Shown here piece by piece: positions 58,058 to 64,000 of a stretch of DNA of 64,000 bases. Positions within the stretch are counted from its first letter, which is position 1, and every line of letters begins with the position of its first letter. The stretch is from the NCBI GenBank assembly GCA_035995885.1, contig DASYKC010000161.1, forward strand, positions 2,434 to 66,433, read 5' to 3'. The translations under genes and the position numbers were made by a program. The stretch comes from Caldimonas sp. (GTDB lineage Bacteria > Pseudomonadota > Gammaproteobacteria > Burkholderiales > Burkholderiaceae_C). The notes beneath the pieces are model-generated. The model was not told the DNA's origin. It did not search any database and worked only from the letters and a program-made list of their open reading frames with translations.

Positions 58058-59586
58058 GGCTTGTCGGCCTCGGGCGGAAGGATGTAGCTCCATGTCTCTG
58101 TCAACGTCGATTGTTCTTGCTTCAGGTAGGCACGCAGCTCGACCGGTTTCGCGGCGTCGTTGCGCTTGATCCGAACCGTCATCCTCCATGCGCCGCTGAC
58201 CGCATTCTTGAACAGATTGCGCTCGCGCACCTCGGCGTTCGCGTCGACCCAGATCACCGGCTCGACGTTGGCCGACGGGGCCAGCGAGCGCAGCGCCGGA
58301 CCGTCGAAGTCGACGACGTAGTTGATGTCGCCGTCGGCCTTCTTGGCGAAGCCGCGGCCGCGCCGCGTCTGCACGACCCAGCCCTTGCCGGCAGGGGCCG
58401 TGCCCGCGCTCTGCCAGTGGATCTTGTAGGCGATGTCGAAGGGCTTGCCGGGCGCCGGCAGCGCCTGCGGCACCCAGAAGGCGACGATGTTGTCGTTGGT
58501 CTCGTCCGGCGTCGGGATCTGCACCAGCTCGACGCGGCCGGCGCCCCAGTTGCCGACCGGCTCGATCCAGGCGCTCGGGCGCCGCTCGTAGAGCGCCTCC
58601 GGGTCCTCGTAGCTCGCCGGCGAGCGGTCGCGCTGCATCAGGCCGAAGCCGCGCGGGTTGGTCGTTCCGAACGAGGTGACGAGAAGGCGGCGCGGGTTGA
58701 CGAGCGGCCGCCAGACCCAGTCGCCGTCGCCGAGCTGGATCGACAGGCCGTCCGAGTCGTGCACCTCGGGCCGATAGTCGTCGCGGCCGGGCTGGTTCTC
58801 GCCGAAGGCGTACATGCTCGTCAACGGCGCGATGCCGAGCTTGCCGATCTTGTCGCGCAGGTAGAGGCGAGCCGTCACCTGCATCGTCGTCTCGGCACCA
58901 GGCGTCAGGACGAAGCGATAGGCGCCGGCGACACGGCGCGAGTCGAGGAGCGCATAGATCGTCAGCGACGTCGCGATGGGGCGCGGCCGCTCGATCCAGA
59001 ACTCGACGAAGCGCGGGAACTCCTCGCCCTCTGCGGCAGCCGTATCGACGGCAAGCCCGCGCGCCGACAGGCCGTACGACTGGCCCTTGCCGAGAGCGCG
59101 GAAATAGCTGGCCCCCTGGAAGACGAGGATCTCGTCCTTGTAGCCCGGCTTGTTGAGCGCATGGTGGACGCGAAAGCCGTTGAAGCCGATGCCGCGCAGG
59201 ATCTGCGGGTCGAACTTGTTCTTGCCGTAGTCGAAGAGCGCCGGGTCGAACGCGACGACGCGCTCGCCGGCCGGCTCGATGACGTTGATCCGCACCGGCT
59301 CGGGAACCGCCCTCCCCTGGTGAAAGAACATCAGCTCGAATGGCAGCTTCTCGCTGTGCCAGAGCGCCTTCTCGGGTCGGAAGCGGATGTCGCGGTAGGC
59401 GTCGTAGTCGAGCTCCCGCAGCTCCGTCGGCAGGGTCGCCGTAGGCGCCTTGTACGGCCGCGCCGCGAGGCTGCTGGCGCGCGCCGCGACGTCGTCGAAG
59501 CCGAACGCCGACGCCGCCATCGACGTGGCAAACAGCAGCAGCGCCGGGAAGATCTGGCGAAAGAATCGGTCGGAAAGAGCGGTCAT
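58054..59586 (-). CDS. mdoG: Glucans biosynthesis protein MdoG/OpgG
   Basis: FQGASYFRA, YGLSARGLA, EEFP, RPEVHDSDGL, PTPDETNDNIV. Confidence 0.94.
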   Translation of the reverse strand: MTALSDRFFRQIFPALLLFATSMAASAFGFDDVAARASSLAARPYKAPTATLPTELRELDYDAYRDIRFRPEKALWHSEKLPFELMFFHQGRAVPEPVRINVIEPAGERVVAFDPALFDYGKNKFDPQILRGIGFNGFRVHHALNKPGYKDEILVFQGASYFRALGKGQSYGLSARGLAVDTAAAEGEEFPRFVEFWIERPRPIATSLTIYALLDSRRVAGAYRFVLTPGAETTMQVTARLYLRDKIGKLGIAPLTSMYAFGENQPGRDDYRPEVHDSDGLSIQLGDGDWVWRPLVNPRRLLVTSFGTTNPRGFGLMQRDRSPASYEDPEALYERRPSAWIEPVGNWGAGRVELVQIPTPDETNDNIVAFWVPQALPAPGKPFDIAYKIHWQSAGTAPAGKGWVVQTRRGRGFAKKADGDINYVVDFDGPALRSLAPSANVEPVIWVDANAEVRERNLFKNAVSGAWRMTVRIKRNDAAKPVELRAYLKQEQSTLTETWSYILPPEADKP

Positions 59587-59693
59587 TTTTTCTGGGATGC
59601 CGGGGACCTGCGACGACAGGGTCGCCGCCGCGGCCGACGCAACCCCGGCACATGGGGGCGACCGGCCGAATTCCAGCCCGCCGCGGCTGCCCG

Positions 59694-59727
59694 CAAACAA
59701 AATCGCCCGACGGGAGCCGTCGGGCGA
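59694..59727 (-). terminator. Intrinsic terminator after aceA
   Basis: TCGCCCGACGG/CCGTCGGGCGA stem (59703-59727) with TTTTGTTTG tail on the minus strand. Confidence 0.75.
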
Positions 59728-59778
59728 AGCAAGAGAGGGGCCCGGCCCGCGAGCGGGCAGGCGGGGCCGGAGTCTACG

Positions 59779-61077
<1,299 letters not shown>

Positions 61078-61205
61078 GAAATCCTCCTGAAGGGAAAAGG
61101 AAAAATCGTTGAGACCAGCGTAGCCAGTCCCGAGCTGGCGGGCTCGATTGGCACATCGATTAGCTGGTCGAAAAAATACTGCCTCGACAATGACTTAGCC
61201 ATGCC

Positions 61206-61304
61206 TTCCGCAATATGGGAGCCGGTTCTCCACCATGAGAAATTTTGCGGCAGCGCAGCACGACGTTATCTCACATCGCGAGACGAACGTTTTCTGATGC
61301 GGAA
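61206..61304. promoter_or_regulatory. Two pairs of imperfect 15-bp palindromes in the aceA divergent intergenic region
   Basis: TTCCGCAATATGGGA (61206), TTCTCCACCATGAGA (61226), TCTCACATCGCGAGA (61269), TTTTCTGATGCGGAA (61290). Confidence 0.45.
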
Positions 61305-61385
61305 GGAAGCGGACTTGCAGTTCTTCTAGACTCTGCGTTTTCTTTCGTTGGCCGCATCGGCCAGCAAGCTGCGGGAGACGCACAC

Positions 61386-62747
61386 ATGCACAAGGACCTG
61401 AACCCCGCCGCGGCGCCCGCCGCTTCGCCCACGAGCGCCGCGCCGGCCAAGCTCGACGCCTACTGGATGCCGTTCACGGCCAGCCGCCAGTTCAAGAGCG
61501 CGCCGCGCCTCCTGGCCAAGGCCAAGGACATGCATTACTGGACGCCCGAAGGCCGTCAGATCCTCGACGCGGCCGCGGGCCTCTGGTGCGTGAACGCCGG
61601 CCACGCGCGGCCGAAGATCGTCGCGGCGATCGCGGCGCAGGCGGCCGAGATGGACTTCGCGCCGCCCTTCAACATGGCGCATCCGAAGGCATTCGAGCTC
61701 GCCGAGAAGCTGGTCGCGCTCACGCCCGTCGGCCTCGACAAGGTGTTCTTCACCAACTCGGGCTCCGAGGCCGTCGACACCGCGCTCAAGATGGCGATCG
61801 CCTATCACCGCGCCCGCGGCGAAGGCCAGCGCACGCGCCTGATCGGCCGCGAGCGCGGCTATCACGGCGTCAACTTCGGCGGCATCTCGGTCGGCGGCAT
61901 CGCCGGCAACCGCAAGACCTTCGGGCCGATGCTCGGCGGCATCGACCACCTGCGCCACACCCACGACCTCAAGAAGAATGCGTTCTCGCGCGGCCAGCCC
62001 GAGCACGGCGCCGAGCTCGCCGACGACCTCGAGCGAATCGTCACCCTGCACGACGCGTCGACGATCGCGGCCGTGATCGTCGAGCCGATGGCGGGCTCGA
62101 CCGGCGTGCTGATCCCACCCAAGGGCTACCTCGAACGCCTGCGCGCGATCTGCGACAAGCACGGCATCCTGCTGATCTTCGACGAGGTCATCACCGGCTT
62201 CGGACGCCTCGGCTCGCCGTTCGCGGCGACCCACTTCAACGTCACGCCCGACCTGATGACGGTCGCCAAGGGGATCACCAACGGCGCCGTGCCGATGGGC
62301 GCGGTGTTCGCGCGGAGCGCGATCCACGACGTCTTCATGACCGGCCCCGAGCACGTCGTCGAGTTCCCGCACGGCTACACGTATTCGGCGCATCCGCTCG
62401 CCTGCGCCGCCTCGCTGGGAACGCTCGAGACCTACGCCGACGAGGGCCTGCTGACGCGCGGCGCGAAGATGGCGCCGGTGTTCGAGCACGCCCTCCATTC
62501 GCTGCGCGAATCGCCCAACGTGATCGACATCCGCAACATCGGCCTGGTCGGCGCGGTCGAGCTCGACTCGATCCCGGGCCACCCCGGCAAGCGCGCCTTC
62601 GACGTCTTCCGCGAGTGCTTCGAGCGCGGCGTGCTGATCCGCACGACCGGCGACATCATCGCCCTGTCGCCACCGCTGATCGTCGAGGAATCTCACATCG
62701 ACCAGGCGATCAGCACGATCGCCGATGTGCTGAAGACGCAGCGCTGA
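61386..62747 (+). CDS. Class III omega-amino acid:pyruvate aminotransferase
   Basis: YWMPFT, AGLWCVNAGH, SGSEAVD, YHGVNFGG, FDEVITGFGR, AKGITNG. Confidence 0.92.
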   Translation: MHKDLNPAAAPAASPTSAAPAKLDAYWMPFTASRQFKSAPRLLAKAKDMHYWTPEGRQILDAAAGLWCVNAGHARPKIVAAIAAQAAEMDFAPPFNMAHPKAFELAEKLVALTPVGLDKVFFTNSGSEAVDTALKMAIAYHRARGEGQRTRLIGRERGYHGVNFGGISVGGIAGNRKTFGPMLGGIDHLRHTHDLKKNAFSRGQPEHGAELADDLERIVTLHDASTIAAVIVEPMAGSTGVLIPPKGYLERLRAICDKHGILLIFDEVITGFGRLGSPFAATHFNVTPDLMTVAKGITNGAVPMGAVFARSAIHDVFMTGPEHVVEFPHGYTYSAHPLACAASLGTLETYADEGLLTRGAKMAPVFEHALHSLRESPNVIDIRNIGLVGAVELDSIPGHPGKRAFDVFRECFERGVLIRTTGDIIALSPPLIVEESHIDQAISTIADVLKTQR

Positions 62748-62812
62748 GCTTCCCTCTCCGGCGCCTTCGTGCGCGACGCTGACGGGCGGCCGCGCGCCGT
62801 CCCTGTGTGCCG

Positions 62813-63919
62813 ATGAGCGCAGAAGCCTTCCTGCAGATCAAGAACCTCGTCAAGGAGTTCGACGGCCACCCCGCCGTCGACAACGTCTCGATCGACATCG
62901 CCAAGGGCGAGGTCTTCGCCCTTCTCGGCTCGTCGGGCTGCGGCAAGACGACGCTGCTGCGCATGCTCGCGGGCTTCGAGACACCGACCTCGGGAACGAT
63001 CACGCTCGACGGCCGCGACCTCGCCGGCCTGCCGCCGTACGAGCGGCCGATGAACATGATGTTCCAGAGCTACGCGCTCTTCCCCCATCTCTCGGCGTTC
63101 GACAACATCGCCTTCGGCCTGCGTCGCGACGGCCTGGCGAAGGACGAAGTCCGGGCGCGCGCCGAGGCGATGCTGAAGCTGGTGCAGCTCGCGCCGTACG
63201 CGAAGAGGAAGCCGCACCAGCTCTCGGGCGGCCAGCAGCAGCGCGTCGCCCTGGCGCGCAGCCTCGCCAAGAAGCCGCAGCTGCTCCTCCTCGACGAGCC
63301 GCTCGGCGCGCTCGACAAGAAGCTGCGCGAGGAGACGCAGATCGAGCTCGCCAACATCGTCCACGACGTCGGCGTCACCTGCGTGCTGGTCACCCACGAC
63401 CAGGAAGAGGCGATGACGATGGCGTCGCGAATCGCCGTGATGAGCGAGGGCCGCTTCCTGCAGGTCGGCGCGCCGGCCGAGATCTACGAGACGCCGGCGA
63501 CCCGCTTCGTCGCCGACTTCATCGGCAACGTCAATTTGATGGACGGCACGCTGGTCGAGGACGAGGCCGATCACGTCGTCGTCGACTGCGGCGACATCCG
63601 CCACCGCGTCGGCCACGGCATCACCGGGACGCGCGGCATGGCGGTGACGGTGGCGCTTCGGCCGGAGAAGATCCGCATCCGGCGCGACGCATTGACTTCG
63701 CCGCCCACGACCGAGCCCGCCGTCAACCGCGCCCACGGCAAGATCAAGGAGATCGCCTACTTCGGCAGCTTCACCGTCTATCACCTGCAGATGGCGAGCG
63801 GGCGCGTCCTCAAGATCAGCCAGAGCAACGTCGAGCGCCAGCCCGGCGCGCCGCTGACCTGGGGCGATGCGGCGTGGGCGACCTGGACCGATCTTTCCCA
63901 GGTGGTGCTGACGCAATGA
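62813..63919 (+). CDS. potG: Polyamine ABC transporter ATP-binding protein (PotG-like)
   Basis: GSSGCGKTT, YERPMNMMFQSYALFPH, LSGGQQQR, LDEPLGALDKKLRE; TOBE-like C-terminus. Confidence 0.82.
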   Translation: MSAEAFLQIKNLVKEFDGHPAVDNVSIDIAKGEVFALLGSSGCGKTTLLRMLAGFETPTSGTITLDGRDLAGLPPYERPMNMMFQSYALFPHLSAFDNIAFGLRRDGLAKDEVRARAEAMLKLVQLAPYAKRKPHQLSGGQQQRVALARSLAKKPQLLLLDEPLGALDKKLREETQIELANIVHDVGVTCVLVTHDQEEAMTMASRIAVMSEGRFLQVGAPAEIYETPATRFVADFIGNVNLMDGTLVEDEADHVVVDCGDIRHRVGHGITGTRGMAVTVALRPEKIRIRRDALTSPPTTEPAVNRAHGKIKEIAYFGSFTVYHLQMASGRVLKISQSNVERQPGAPLTWGDAAWATWTDLSQVVLTQ

Positions 63920-64000
63920 AGGTCGGCTCACGACGCGGCCGCTTCGCCGCCGTCGCGGTTCCGTACGCGTGGCTGCTCGTCTTCTTCCTGCTGCCGTTCC
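63916..64000 (+). CDS. Polyamine ABC permease N-terminus (truncated by window)
   Basis: ATGA-coupled; VPYAWLLVFFLLPF is typical of PotH/PotB N-termini. Confidence 0.7.
   Translation, partial: MKVGSRRGRFAAVAVPYAWLLVFFLLPF

Overview
High-GC betaproteobacterial chromosome segment. Gene order and EarP/EF-P(Arg32) suggest Burkholderiales; this is an inference. Most of the window is housekeeping: mltG-tmk-holB-pilZ-tatD, ygfZ, surE-pcm-nlpD-exonuclease, hupB-tRNA-Val-ppiD-tRNA-His, uvrC-pgsA, earP-efp-mnmC, fumC-rpiA, pyrD-cls, scoAB, ETF-QO, a CUT1 sugar ABC transporter, metY, mdoGH, aceA, an omega-aminotransferase and the start of a polyamine ABC operon. The right end of an IS1202/ISNCY-type element is at 1-958. 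Two things stand out. (1) A lower-GC ~6.3 kb insert (~34.9-41.2 kb) encodes a LuxI/FeeM-fold acyltransferase, two membrane-bound hybrid histidine kinases and a BASS-family transporter. It has no LuxR. One kinase has Tyr in place of the phospho-acceptor His. This is a candidate kinase-read acyl-signal system. (2) Two intergenic spacers (41898-41996 and 48867-48947) are fully occupied by 26-32 aa mini-ORFs that overlap the upstream stop and the downstream start. They share an SLRSLPxE peptide whose codons differ almost only synonymously. All product calls come from motif recognition; no database searches were run.
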